In this document: positions 54,287 to 63,413 of the stretch, in pieces
Position numbering within the stretch: position 1 is the stretch's first letter
Layout of the letters: the number at the start of each line of letters is the position of its first letter
Virus record (IMG/VR): IMGVR_UViG_3300035696_000001
DNA: 64,000 nt
Reading direction: 5' to 3' (one strand)
Source: a virus
Notes under the pieces: generated by a model
What the model was told of the DNA's origin: nothing
What the model saw: the letters and a program-made list of their open reading frames with translations, nothing else
Database searches by the model: none
Translations under genes and position numbers: made by a program

Positions 54287-54666
54287 TGGCGTACAGCGAA
54301 AAAGTTCTGGATCATTACAACAACCCCCGCAATGTGGGTTCGCTGGACAAGTCCAGCCCGGATGTGGGCACGGGCTTGGTCGGAGCGCCGGAGTGCGGGG
54401 ACGTGATGAAGCTTCAGATCAGGGTAAACGGAGCCGGGGTCATCGAGGACGCCAAGTTCAAGACCTTCGGCTGCGGCTCGGCAATTGCCTCGTCCTCGCT
54501 TGCGACCGAGTGGGTCAAGGGCAAGACCGTGGACGAGGCGCTCCAGATCAGGAACACCGAGATCGTCAGGGAGCTTTCCCTTCCCCCGGTCAAGATTCAC
54601 TGCTCAGTGCTTGCCGAAGACGCGATCAAGGCCGCCATTGCGGATTGGAAGAATAAAAAACAGTAG
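54286..54666 (+). CDS. iscU: IscU Fe-S cluster scaffold protein
   Basis: MAYSEKVLDHYNNPRNVGS...GAPECGDVMKLQI...FGCGSAIASSSL...PPVKIHCSVLAEDAIKAAIADWK. Near-collinear with E. coli IscU (~75-80% identity by eye), including the three Cys and LPPVK. Confidence 0.9.
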   Translation: MAYSEKVLDHYNNPRNVGSLDKSSPDVGTGLVGAPECGDVMKLQIRVNGAGVIEDAKFKTFGCGSAIASSSLATEWVKGKTVDEALQIRNTEIVRELSLPPVKIHCSVLAEDAIKAAIADWKNKKQ

Positions 54667-54754
54667 CTTACGCTGCGCCACAAAATAGCCAACTTTTCCC
54701 CATTTTTCGGGTATTGAATCCCTAGTAGGCGGCTAAACCGCCAGAAAGGGAAAC

Positions 54755-55099
54755 ATGTACAAATACCCGAAGTACCCACGCCGCCCCCACCCTGGATGCC
54801 CGGCGAATCAGGAGCCTTGGATCGACCCGTGGTGGGAGTCTCAATGCATCCTTAACAAGCCCCTTATGATAGTGATACCACCGGAAGGCATCCATCTTCC
54901 CTGCCCGGTGCACCCGGAAGGTCACCACATCTACGGCTCCGGCATCGTGTGGTGCGAAAACAACCTGCCCGACCCGGCCAACAAGCCGTGGTGCGAGTAC
55001 GAGCACGACCCCTCCAAGGACTTAACTTACGACTCAACGAGGCCTTGCGGGACGGCAACAGGCTTTACCGGAAAAGACACCTTCAAATTTTCGATGTAA
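54755..55099 (+). CDS. Hypothetical Pro/Trp/Cys-rich protein
   Basis: 114-aa ORF. Confidence 0.4.
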   Translation: MYKYPKYPRRPHPGCPANQEPWIDPWWESQCILNKPLMIVIPPEGIHLPCPVHPEGHHIYGSGIVWCENNLPDPANKPWCEYEHDPSKDLTYDSTRPCGTATGFTGKDTFKFSM

Positions 55100-55118
55100 A
55101 CTGCCCAATTAGTTTAAC

Positions 55119-55556
55119 TTAGACGGGTCTATTTCGTTTCAACCATCCACGCTGCTTCCGGGAAGCTATTCGCTTTGCAACATGAGCGGCTGTCTGCTTA
55201 CGGCCAAGATTCAGTGGATTGCCCTTTAAGGAAATGCTATTTTTTGCGTTAATCTGCCTTCGAATTTCTGGTGTGATGGCTTTAGCTCCTTCTTTACCTC
55301 CTGCCCTGCTGTTGCAAATAAAGTGGGAAAACGCGATATTGGTGAGGTCCCAAAAGAGCGCTGGGTCAACATCAAGCCAACGTTGTTTATGTTCGATACT
55401 AAAGTCTTTCACTTGTTCAATCTGTTTACCGCAGCGGTAGCATGTGTCTAACCCTAGACGTTGAACCAACGAAAAGAGAATGATACGTTCAAGTCGTTTG
55501 CTTGCTCTCCCGTGATCCATCCCAAGTTGCATTTGATATTTGACTTTGAGTTCCAT
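55119..55556 (-). CDS. HNH endonuclease, homing-endonuclease-like
   Basis: CYRCGKQI..SIEHKQRWLD..NIAFSHFICN. Opposite strand in an AT-rich islet. Confidence 0.6.
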   Translation of the reverse strand: MELKVKYQMQLGMDHGRASKRLERIILFSLVQRLGLDTCYRCGKQIEQVKDFSIEHKQRWLDVDPALFWDLTNIAFSHFICNSRAGGKEGAKAITPEIRRQINAKNSISLKGNPLNLGRKQTAAHVAKRIASRKQRGWLKRNRPV

Positions 55557-55647
55557 TTTTAGTATTACTATATAAGCGGGAGAAATCCCGTATCCAATGG
55601 ACTTAAAAATGGGCGTTTAGTCCATGCGCCGTTAAAGGAGACCCACC

Positions 55648-56463
55648 ATGGTCTACAGTCCGAACAAGGTAGTAGCTTGCGTCAAAGTGGACGGGAAGAT
55701 TCTGCGCGAGGACAAAAACGTCGTCACGCTGCCTTTCGGTTCCGAGTATTCCGTTTTCATCAAGAACCTCAATGCGGTCCGCATCAAAATCAAGGTGTCC
55801 GTGGACGGCACCAACGCCACAGAAGGCGTTTGGCTTGTCGTAGAGCCGAACTCTGATTTGGAATTGGACCGCTTCATCCGCGCCGCCAACGTAGAGAGAG
55901 GCAACCGCTTCAAGTTCATCGAGTCTACCAGCGACATCGAGGAGCACCGGGGCATCAAGGCGGAGGACGGCCTGATCCGCGTCGAGTACCAAGTCGAAAA
56001 GCCGAAGCCCATCGTCCGGGAAGTCATTGAGGAGCATCACCACCGTCACCATGACGATTGGCCTTGGTACCCGCCATACTACCCGCGTCCGTACCCCCGC
56101 CCATGGAGGTACTACGAATGCTCTATTGGCGGAGCCTTGAAGTCTTCCAACAGCGGGCCGCTCCGTGCCAGCATGAGACCTAGCGCAAGCATGGCGAAGA
56201 AGGTCGTTCGCCCCATGTCGTTTAACGACCACGGCATCACCGTGCCGGGCAGCGAGTCCAACCAGAAGTTTCGCTGGACTGAATGGTTCGAGACGGGGCC
56301 AAGCGAAGTCATCGTGCTCCAGCTTCGCGGCGAGGTGGCAGGCAAAAAGGTGACCAAAGCGGTCACCGTGGCAACCAAGCTCTGCTGCCCGACCTGCGGC
56401 AAGACGCAGAAGAGCACGGAGAAATTCTGCGGGAAGTGCGGCACCGCCCTGGAGATCATCTAG
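55648..56463 (+). CDS. Hypothetical protein with His-rich and Pro/Tyr-rich segment and C-terminal zinc ribbon
   Basis: EEHHHRHHDDWPWYPPYYPRPYPRPWRYYE and CCPTCGKT..CGKCGT. AT-rich promoter-like region and inverted repeat ATGGACT-N15-AGTCCAT upstream. Confidence 0.5.
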   Translation: MVYSPNKVVACVKVDGKILREDKNVVTLPFGSEYSVFIKNLNAVRIKIKVSVDGTNATEGVWLVVEPNSDLELDRFIRAANVERGNRFKFIESTSDIEEHRGIKAEDGLIRVEYQVEKPKPIVREVIEEHHHRHHDDWPWYPPYYPRPYPRPWRYYECSIGGALKSSNSGPLRASMRPSASMAKKVVRPMSFNDHGITVPGSESNQKFRWTEWFETGPSEVIVLQLRGEVAGKKVTKAVTVATKLCCPTCGKTQKSTEKFCGKCGTALEII

Positions 56464-56488
56464 CCAAATCTGGGTATTAGAGGTAGGT

Positions 56489-56986
56489 ATGGTGGACGAC
56501 CGTACCTACCTCGATACCTGCTATGAGTACGCCAAACAGACCACGTGCGTAAAGGCGCGGGTTGGCGCTTTGGTGGTATCTGCCGGTCAAGTTGTTGGCG
56601 CAGGTTACAATCACCCGCCTAATGTTGCGTTCCTCGACTGCGCCAAACTGTGCGCCGGAGGCATCAGGCAGGGCGTCAAGTCCGGCACCCGACTGGAATT
56701 GTGTTACGCCGTCCACGCTGAGCAGTGGGCTATCCATGAGGCGGGCCCGCTTGCCAAGGGCGCGACGCTGTACGTCGCCTCGTTCGATGACAGGTGGAAC
56801 AAGCGCCTGAAGGATTCTTCCCTCCCGCTGGGGCACCCCATGCATTCTTTCTATTGTTCGATGTGTGCCCGCGCCTGCTGGATGGCGGGCATCGACCGCA
56901 TCGTCACTGACGGCGTCAGCGGCATCGTGGAGTTCACCCCCGAGGAAATCTGGAAAACGTCATACGGCGTTGCCGGGAGTATTTGA
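56489..56986 (+). CDS. Cytidine/deoxycytidylate deaminase family protein
   Basis: HAEQWAI (HxE zinc-ligand motif) and SFYCSMCARA (CxxC). Confidence 0.6.
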   Translation: MVDDRTYLDTCYEYAKQTTCVKARVGALVVSAGQVVGAGYNHPPNVAFLDCAKLCAGGIRQGVKSGTRLELCYAVHAEQWAIHEAGPLAKGATLYVASFDDRWNKRLKDSSLPLGHPMHSFYCSMCARACWMAGIDRIVTDGVSGIVEFTPEEIWKTSYGVAGSI

Positions 56987-56990
56987 GATT

Positions 56991-57470
56991 ATGGAACAAA
57001 AACAAATGTACGTGGTCGGATTTTTGTTAGACCCCACGTTGTCTAAAGTCGTCCTCATCCGCAAGACGAAGCCCGAATGGCAAGTTGATCTTCTCAATGG
57101 CGTCGGCGGCAAGATAGAGCCGGATGAGGGTGCGCTAACCGCCATGCACCGAGAGTTTCTGGAGGAGACCGGGGTGGGGGGCTTGGAGTGGAAGCCGTAC
57201 CTCACGCTTCATACCCCGCACTCCGAGATTCACTTTTTCCGCGCCGTGGGGAACGTCCACTATTGCGCGTCTGTCACGGACGAGGCGGTGGGCGTGTTCG
57301 ACATCAGCAACGTGATGGATCGTTGCGACACTATGCCCAACATCCGTTGGTGCATCCAGATGGCTCGCACTTTCCACTTCGGCGAAAACGCACAGGCATT
57401 CGAAGTAAAGGAAGTTATGGCCCCAGAATGGTCTGGAGACGGCTACCGATTGGGAAAGAGCGCGACGTGA
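56991..57470 (+). CDS. Nudix hydrolase
   Basis: Nudix box GGKIEPDEGALTAMHREFLEETGV. Confidence 0.8.
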   Translation: MEQKQMYVVGFLLDPTLSKVVLIRKTKPEWQVDLLNGVGGKIEPDEGALTAMHREFLEETGVGGLEWKPYLTLHTPHSEIHFFRAVGNVHYCASVTDEAVGVFDISNVMDRCDTMPNIRWCIQMARTFHFGENAQAFEVKEVMAPEWSGDGYRLGKSAT

Positions 57471-58246
57471 AAACAAAGCGTCCGGTAAACCAAGGAGCGG
57501 AGGAATTTCTTTACGTTGAGATTCCTGTCTTAGACAAGGGGTATATAAAGCTTGTGGATTACATGGGCAACGACGACTCGGTTGTGGGTGCCGCACGGGT
57601 CAGCTATGCGAAAACCGCCAACCCCGAGGAGGCGGAGAAGAACGCCAAGCTCATTAGCTACCTGATGCGGCATAAGCACACGTCGCCGTTCGAGCAATGC
57701 ATCCTGACCTTCGAGTGCAAAATGCCCATTTTCGTGGCCCGGGAGTGGGTCAGGCACCGCACCGCGAGGCTGAACGAGATGTCGGGGCGCTATACCCAGC
57801 TTCCCCAAGAAGTCTATACCCCCAGCCGCGAACGCATAATGGGGCAGGACAAGGCGAACAAGCAGGGAAGCGCAGGCGAAGTATCTGAAGACATTAAAGA
57901 CAGCTTTTTGGCGACGCACGGCTCCGCCACTCAAGAAGTCTTTCAACATTATCAAGCCTACATCGACGGCGGCATCGCCAAGGAGGTCGCCCGGATCGAC
58001 CTCCCGCTGAGCACCTACACGAAATGGATATGGCAGATGGACTTGCACAACCTGTTCCACTTTCTCCAGCTTCGGATGGCCCCGAACGCACAGTGGGAAA
58101 TCAGGCAGTACGCGAACGCAATCGCCCAAGTCGTGGAGAAAAGCTTCCCCGCCGCCTGGGACGCCTTCCAAGAGCACGTTTTGAATGCCGTGACTATACC
58201 GATTGCCGAGTACCGACAATTGACAGAGCGCAGAGGAGACAAATAG
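57467..58246 (+). CDS. thyX: Flavin-dependent thymidylate synthase ThyX
   Basis: ThyX motif RHRTARLNEMSGRY. GTG start in a GTGA overlap with the Nudix gene. The ORF-track 5' extension is junk. Confidence 0.85.
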   Translation: MKTKRPVNQGAEEFLYVEIPVLDKGYIKLVDYMGNDDSVVGAARVSYAKTANPEEAEKNAKLISYLMRHKHTSPFEQCILTFECKMPIFVAREWVRHRTARLNEMSGRYTQLPQEVYTPSRERIMGQDKANKQGSAGEVSEDIKDSFLATHGSATQEVFQHYQAYIDGGIAKEVARIDLPLSTYTKWIWQMDLHNLFHFLQLRMAPNAQWEIRQYANAIAQVVEKSFPAAWDAFQEHVLNAVTIPIAEYRQLTERRGDK

Positions 58247-59388
58247 TGCCTGCGAAGATTAAAAGTCTTGTGGGGCAAACTTTTGGCGAACTTACTGTGG
58301 TTCGCATGGGCGAGCGTACCGGCAAAAGAAATCGAGTGACTTGGGTGTGTCGTTGTTCGTGCGGAAATGAGGTACAAGTAACCGCTTCTAACCTCATAAG
58401 AGCGGGGAAATTCAGCCATACGTGTAAGAATCATGCTGGATATGGGCTTGTGGGAAAACGTTTTGATCGTTTATTTGTGCTTCGTCGCTCGACAAAACGC
58501 ACGCGATATGGCGGGGCGTACTGGGAGTGTCGCTGCGATTGCGGGAATACCGCTGTTGTCTTAAAACAAGCTCTTATTAACGGTTCTATACGATCCTGTG
58601 GCTGTCTGAAAAAGGAGAAAGAGACTAGGTTTGAGGGCATAAGCGGTAATTATTGGGGTTCCCTAAAGGCAAGCGCTCTAAAACGCAGACTAGAGTTTTC
58701 TATCAGCATTAAGCAAGCATGGGACTTATACAACAGCCAGAAGGCCCGTTGCGCCTTGTCTGGGGTACCGATTTTGTTTGGGCATAATCAAACAGCATCA
58801 CTGGATAGGGTTGATAGCAACCTTGGCTATGTGTTGGGGAACGTGCAATGGCTTCACAAGGATGTGAACAGAATTAAAAGCGATTTTTCGGAGTTCGATC
58901 TTACCCAATGGTGCGCCAGAATTTATTTGACTTCTTTGAAGAACTTGAACGGAGACGACAAGTGGGATATGAGGTTTTTGCAGCTAGCCAGATTTATGGC
59001 CTCATTCTCCAAAGACCCGTCCACGCAAACGGGGGCGGCTATAATTCGCCCCGACCGAACTGTAGTGTCTGTGGGCTATAATGGGCTTGCTCGCGGGGTA
59101 CAGGACAGCCCTGAACGTCTCAATAACCGTGAGATCAAATACAAAGTTATCTGCCATTGCGAACGCAATGCCATTGTGTTTGCTCGGCAAGACGTAGGCG
59201 GATGTACTCTATATACGTGGCCCTTCATGTCGTGTGCGGCTTGTGCTGCTATAGTCATCCAAGCCGGGATCAAGCGCTGCGTAGCCCCGCGCAACGACAA
59301 TCCCCGCTGGCAGGAAGACTTCAAGCTGGCGCAGCAGCAGTTCGCCGAAGCCGGAGTGACGATGGACTTTACCGACTCTATGGAGTAG
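58246..59388 (+). CDS. HNH endonuclease fused in-frame to dCMP deaminase
   Basis: GTG start in a TAGTG overlap. N-terminal ~230 aa carry two FGxLTV..W.CRC.CG modules and an HNH motif (paralog of 24240..24785), in lower-GC DNA. C-terminal ~150 aa are a dCMP-deaminase domain (AAIIRPDRTVVSVGYNG, HCERNAI, SCAACAAIVIQAGIKR) in high-GC DNA. Confidence 0.6.
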   Translation: MPAKIKSLVGQTFGELTVVRMGERTGKRNRVTWVCRCSCGNEVQVTASNLIRAGKFSHTCKNHAGYGLVGKRFDRLFVLRRSTKRTRYGGAYWECRCDCGNTAVVLKQALINGSIRSCGCLKKEKETRFEGISGNYWGSLKASALKRRLEFSISIKQAWDLYNSQKARCALSGVPILFGHNQTASLDRVDSNLGYVLGNVQWLHKDVNRIKSDFSEFDLTQWCARIYLTSLKNLNGDDKWDMRFLQLARFMASFSKDPSTQTGAAIIRPDRTVVSVGYNGLARGVQDSPERLNNREIKYKVICHCERNAIVFARQDVGGCTLYTWPFMSCAACAAIVIQAGIKRCVAPRNDNPRWQEDFKLAQQQFAEAGVTMDFTDSME

Positions 59389-59398
59389 AATTATTACC

Positions 59399-60346
59399 GT
59401 GCCTAAAAAAGCCAAAGCTAAACTGCCCAAGCTGCGACCCTATCGCGTGGACTATTTCGACATCGAGGAGATGAAGGACAACGACTTGGCTCTCGTCCGG
59501 TCGGTCGTCGTTCGCGCCGTAACCGCTGGCGATGCGATCTACGAGATCACGGCAAGACCCGAGTTGAACACGACCAACTATCCTTCTTTGGTCGTCATCC
59601 GCGCTTATCGCTACTACAAGAACCTCGTCCACAAGAAGGACGTATACAAGGCGGTTGAAGACCTTTTCACCGCGAACAAAGCGGTCGAGGTCATGGAGAC
59701 AGTCGAAGCCTACCGCAGGAAAAAATCCGGCGGGCACGTCACCAGACTCTCCGATTCAAGCTTGTACGATGAGGTCTGCACGAACTGCGGAGCGACGGAC
59801 GCCAGTGGAAAACTTAATCAGCCTTGTCCCGCGACTGCTCCCGCGCCTGAGCCGACTCCCGCCGCCGCCCCCGCGACCGGACCGGACAGTCCCGCGACCA
59901 AAGCCGTGGTCGCCGACCTGCAAGGCATGCTTTCGCACGACGCGCACGAGCAGGCGATGGACACGTTTATTCCCCAAGTCACGCCCGGCATTACCACTCC
60001 ACAACTTCAAGCTGCCGTAGGGACAAAGGAGCCGTTCACTGTCCGTACAAGCAACGGAAAGCTCGGAGTGCTCGACCCAACTGCCACTAATGAGGCAGCG
60101 AAAACCCCAACGTCAAAAGTGACTTATAAGTCAATCGGGATGCCGTGGCTTCACCACGACACAGAACCTCCCATCGAGCCAGATCAGGCAGTAGGCCCTA
60201 CTGGACGCCCCAAGTACTTCAACGATTCGCCGCCTCCACCTCCACCGAATGTCTTTGGCAATTTCCCGCTATGGGCAAAGATTTTTCTCTTCCTCGGCGT
60301 GCTGGCGATCACAATCCTGACGGTTCTTGCCCTCCTGCACCACTGA
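59399..60346 (+). CDS. Hypothetical membrane-anchored protein (Pro/Ala/Thr-rich linker, C-terminal TM)
   Basis: C-terminal hydrophobic anchor LWAKIFLFLGVLAITILTVLALL. Confidence 0.45.
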   Translation: MPKKAKAKLPKLRPYRVDYFDIEEMKDNDLALVRSVVVRAVTAGDAIYEITARPELNTTNYPSLVVIRAYRYYKNLVHKKDVYKAVEDLFTANKAVEVMETVEAYRRKKSGGHVTRLSDSSLYDEVCTNCGATDASGKLNQPCPATAPAPEPTPAAAPATGPDSPATKAVVADLQGMLSHDAHEQAMDTFIPQVTPGITTPQLQAAVGTKEPFTVRTSNGKLGVLDPTATNEAAKTPTSKVTYKSIGMPWLHHDTEPPIEPDQAVGPTGRPKYFNDSPPPPPPNVFGNFPLWAKIFLFLGVLAITILTVLALLHH

Positions 60347-60390
60347 CTTGTGGAGCAGGTGTATAATGGTATAGTGGTCTTGGGGCTTGT

Positions 60391-60900
60391 ATGGAACTAC
60401 AAAAAGAGTTGCTACAGATACGGCAGGCTGGGATGAAGAAGGCTGCGGCGATTTGGGAAACCCTAGAAAGCCTCCCGGTTCCGATAGCGCCAGCCAACAT
60501 TTACAAAGCCGCAGTGTCCGTGAAATGCGCGGAATTCACCAACCGCGTACGCACCCACAGGTTCGCCCCCGCGCTTCTAAAGCTTGTGGTCCAGTTTCTG
60601 GACGACACCCTCGATGTGGTCGGCGTCAATGCAGGCGACATATCCGGGGGCGTACGCGCCCTCGCATTTTTTGCGGAAGCTATGCCGCTGACCAATGAGA
60701 TTTTCAATGATCCGGCAGCCTACGCAATGCGCCAGCACGTGTACGATGATTTGCTCCTGCTGGCTGCCTTGCGGCTTGGCAAAGAAGCCGAGACCAAAAA
60801 GTGCATCAATGACATGCAGTATGGCGTGATGAGGTTGCTGGTCACAGGCTATTTCGAAGGAAGTAGCCTACGATTCGACCCGGACAAGCCGCAAGCATGA
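60391..60900 (+). CDS. Hypothetical protein
   Basis: 169-aa ORF. Confidence 0.4.
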   Translation: MELQKELLQIRQAGMKKAAAIWETLESLPVPIAPANIYKAAVSVKCAEFTNRVRTHRFAPALLKLVVQFLDDTLDVVGVNAGDISGGVRALAFFAEAMPLTNEIFNDPAAYAMRQHVYDDLLLLAALRLGKEAETKKCINDMQYGVMRLLVTGYFEGSSLRFDPDKPQA

Positions 60901-61199
60901 TCATCGAGCAAATTTTCGACGATGAGCGGGAGCGGAAAGTCCTGCGCGAGACCATGGAGAAGCTGGGCATCTCCGCCGAGGCAACCGTCCGCTACCTTTG
61001 CCGGATAGGGCAGCTTGTCGATCACCAAACCCGGCAGGGATACAAGCTCGCATGGGTCAAGGATGGCGAGGTCGTCGATCCTCTTGACTTGGGTCCCAAG
61101 AGGGCACCCACGGGGGGCGGTCACGTCGATTGCCCGTGCTGGATCACCGGAAGCTTCAAGCGGACGGAAGGCTGCCGCTTTCACCCCTACGACCTGTGA
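60897..61199 (+). CDS. Hypothetical protein
   Basis: ATGA-coupled, 100 aa. Confidence 0.4.
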   Translation: MIIEQIFDDERERKVLRETMEKLGISAEATVRYLCRIGQLVDHQTRQGYKLAWVKDGEVVDPLDLGPKRAPTGGGHVDCPCWITGSFKRTEGCRFHPYDL

Positions 61200-61425
61200 A
61201 AGCCCGAGTCACATTGACGCCCGCTCTCCTGAAGCTGCTGCTGGACGGGAAGCCCCTCCGGTTCAAGTTCCCAAAGGCGGCGACAGAGGTTGAAATTACC
61301 ATTGAAGAAGACATTTTTGCCAAGTTTGACCGCATTTTTTCCAAGCTTTGGCACAAGGCGCTGGACAAGCTCGACAAGCTGACCTAAAAACCCAATTGGC
61401 GATCCCTTAGTAGGACAGGACGCCT

Positions 61426-62016
61426 ATGCCGCGCTACATCCAAGTCAGTTCCGAACGCTTCTCCGAAATGCATGAAACGCTTGCGCTTATCGAGGCTGTT
61501 GACAGGGACGGCTTTTACAATCTCGACCTGTACATCTACGGTCTGACCACCAACCCCCAGATTTTGGACGCCGCCAAGGAAGCCATCGCTGAGGAAGCAG
61601 AGATCGCCGAACAGGACGTCCAGCTTGCCGAGGTCGCTGTCGCCATTCCCTTGAGTTCCGACATCATCTACTACTTTGCCGGAAGCGGGCTGACCCTTCG
61701 GCGCGAGGACTTCGCTTACATGGGCGGGGGCGGCGAAGGCGTCCGCACCATGAGCTTTGCCTTTGCCCACTACCGCCCCAAGGCAACCTTCAGCTATTTC
61801 AGCAAGCTGGCGCTGGCGAATTCCAGCGCTTGGCTGGACGACTTCCTCCGCAAGGAAGGCTCCGGCAAGCCCGCCACGGTCACCCAGAACGTCCGCCGCA
61901 CCGAGGAAGCCACCCAACCCGGCGTTCCGCCCGCGCCGCAACCAGCAGCCCCGCAGGGGCGGATGCCGAAGCAGACTTCTCTCGACCAGAAATTTTTCGA
62001 CGAGTTTTTGGACTAG
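61426..62016 (+). CDS. Hypothetical protein
   Basis: 196-aa ORF. The overlapping 550-aa minus ORF 61384..63036 is rejected. Confidence 0.45.
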   Translation: MPRYIQVSSERFSEMHETLALIEAVDRDGFYNLDLYIYGLTTNPQILDAAKEAIAEEAEIAEQDVQLAEVAVAIPLSSDIIYYFAGSGLTLRREDFAYMGGGGEGVRTMSFAFAHYRPKATFSYFSKLALANSSAWLDDFLRKEGSGKPATVTQNVRRTEEATQPGVPPAPQPAAPQGRMPKQTSLDQKFFDEFLD

Positions 62017-62070
62017 ACACCCCCAACTTATTTTTGTATCATCCTTGCCGAGTCTGGCATCATAGAGACT

Positions 62071-62979
62071 ATGGCGACCAATTTCCGCAAAGATGCCTTT
62101 GGCGACCGCATGAAGCGGTACGAAGAGGCGACGCGTTTCGTTCTTCCCAGACGCACTTACACCATCCTTCGGGTTGACGGTCGGGCGTTCCACTCGTGGA
62201 CGCGGGGCCTCGCCAAGCCCTACGACCCCAACTTCATGGAGTGCATCGACAGCGCGGCGGTGGTCTTGTGCGAGCAGATTTCCGGCGCACAGTTCGCCTA
62301 CGTGCAGTCCGATGAGATCAGCGTGCTCGCCGTGGATTTCCTCGCAGTCGATACCCAAGCGTGGTTCGACGGCAATGTGCAGAAGTGGGCGAGCATCGGA
62401 GCGGGCATTGCTACGATGGCATTTAATAATATGGTTGTGAGCATGCACCACCGGGCGCTCGACGCACTCGAAGAGCACACGAGCAAGACGCTCCCTGAGG
62501 AGCGCAGCAAGGACTGGGTGAACCCCTACAGTGAGATTTCCAGGAAGGCACCCAACGCAGTTTTTGACGCCCGCGTGTTCACCGTCCCGGACCCAATCGA
62601 GGTGGAAAATTATTTCGTCTGGCGGCAGCAGGACGCGGAGCGCAACTCCGTCATGATGCTCGCTCGCGCTCATGCCAGCCACAAGCAGCTTGCGGGCAAG
62701 AAGCGGGCCGACCAGCACGAGATCATCCACAAGGCGGGCGATAACTGGGCGAAGCATCCTGTGCGGTTCAAGCACGGGGCTGTCGTCCGCAGGTCCGGTG
62801 TGAAGGACTGGGGCAAGGATGTGGGTCGGCAGCCCTTCTCGGAGAACTATTTCGTCGGCAACTGGTTCGTGGACAACGACACCCCGATGTTCACCAAGGA
62901 TCGGAAGTACCTCCGCAGTCTCGTCCCCATCGTCTGGAACGACGACCTGTTGGTCAGGAAGGCAGCGGCGGGTGGCTAA
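62071..62979 (+). CDS. Thg1-like protein (tRNA-His guanylyltransferase family 3'-5' nucleotidyltransferase)
   Basis: ILRVDGRAFHSW..KPYDPNFMECIDSAA...AYVQSDEISVL matches the Thg1/TLP catalytic core (RxDGxxF, SDE). Confidence 0.75.
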   Translation: MATNFRKDAFGDRMKRYEEATRFVLPRRTYTILRVDGRAFHSWTRGLAKPYDPNFMECIDSAAVVLCEQISGAQFAYVQSDEISVLAVDFLAVDTQAWFDGNVQKWASIGAGIATMAFNNMVVSMHHRALDALEEHTSKTLPEERSKDWVNPYSEISRKAPNAVFDARVFTVPDPIEVENYFVWRQQDAERNSVMMLARAHASHKQLAGKKRADQHEIIHKAGDNWAKHPVRFKHGAVVRRSGVKDWGKDVGRQPFSENYFVGNWFVDNDTPMFTKDRKYLRSLVPIVWNDDLLVRKAAAGG

Positions 62980-63125
62980 GAGACTGAAAAAAGCAACGAA
63001 GCGCCGGACATCCGTGGCAGATCGCATTATCGCCATTGCGGAGCGGGAGCGAGAACCGATAGGTTACGGCGAAGACGGTGTGACCCGCGAGGGGTATCAA
63101 AAGATTTTGAGGATTTTAAGGGACA

Positions 63126-63413
63126 ATGGCCTCTAAGAAGAGACCGAAGAAACCGGAATGCTACCTGTTGGTGGTGATTGGCCCGCTTGGTTTCGACTAT
63201 CCCGCCGACGTGCGCTGGCTGTCAAAGCCCCCGGAAAGCCTTTACCAGTACACGCGGGGCGAGGGGCAGGCGCTCCTGTTCAAGCTGGAAAATTATGATG
63301 CGTCCACAGAGTTCCATGAAGCGCTTCTTTCGGGAGAGGCGCAGGAAGCCTACGGCAAGATAGCCTTTGCTCTGGCAATGAGCGGGAGAAAGCCGAATGG
63401 AAAACAGCAATGA
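63126..63413 (+). CDS. Hypothetical protein
   Basis: 95-aa ORF. Confidence 0.4.
   Translation: MASKKRPKKPECYLLVVIGPLGFDYPADVRWLSKPPESLYQYTRGEGQALLFKLENYDASTEFHEALLSGEAQEAYGKIAFALAMSGRKPNGKQQ

Noticed and set aside
52953-54666. Host-chromosome isc operon contamination
   Set aside because: iscS, hscB, hscA and fdx are absent. The genes are separated by phage-like small ORFs and coupled to neighbours (ATGA at 53951/53954). This is not fully excluded without coverage data.
61384-63036. 550-aa ORF on the minus strand
   Set aside because: It is an R/L/G/A/H-rich antisense shadow typical of high-GC DNA. The plus-strand partners (61426..62016 and the Thg1-like 62071..62979) have clear catalytic motifs and coupled starts.
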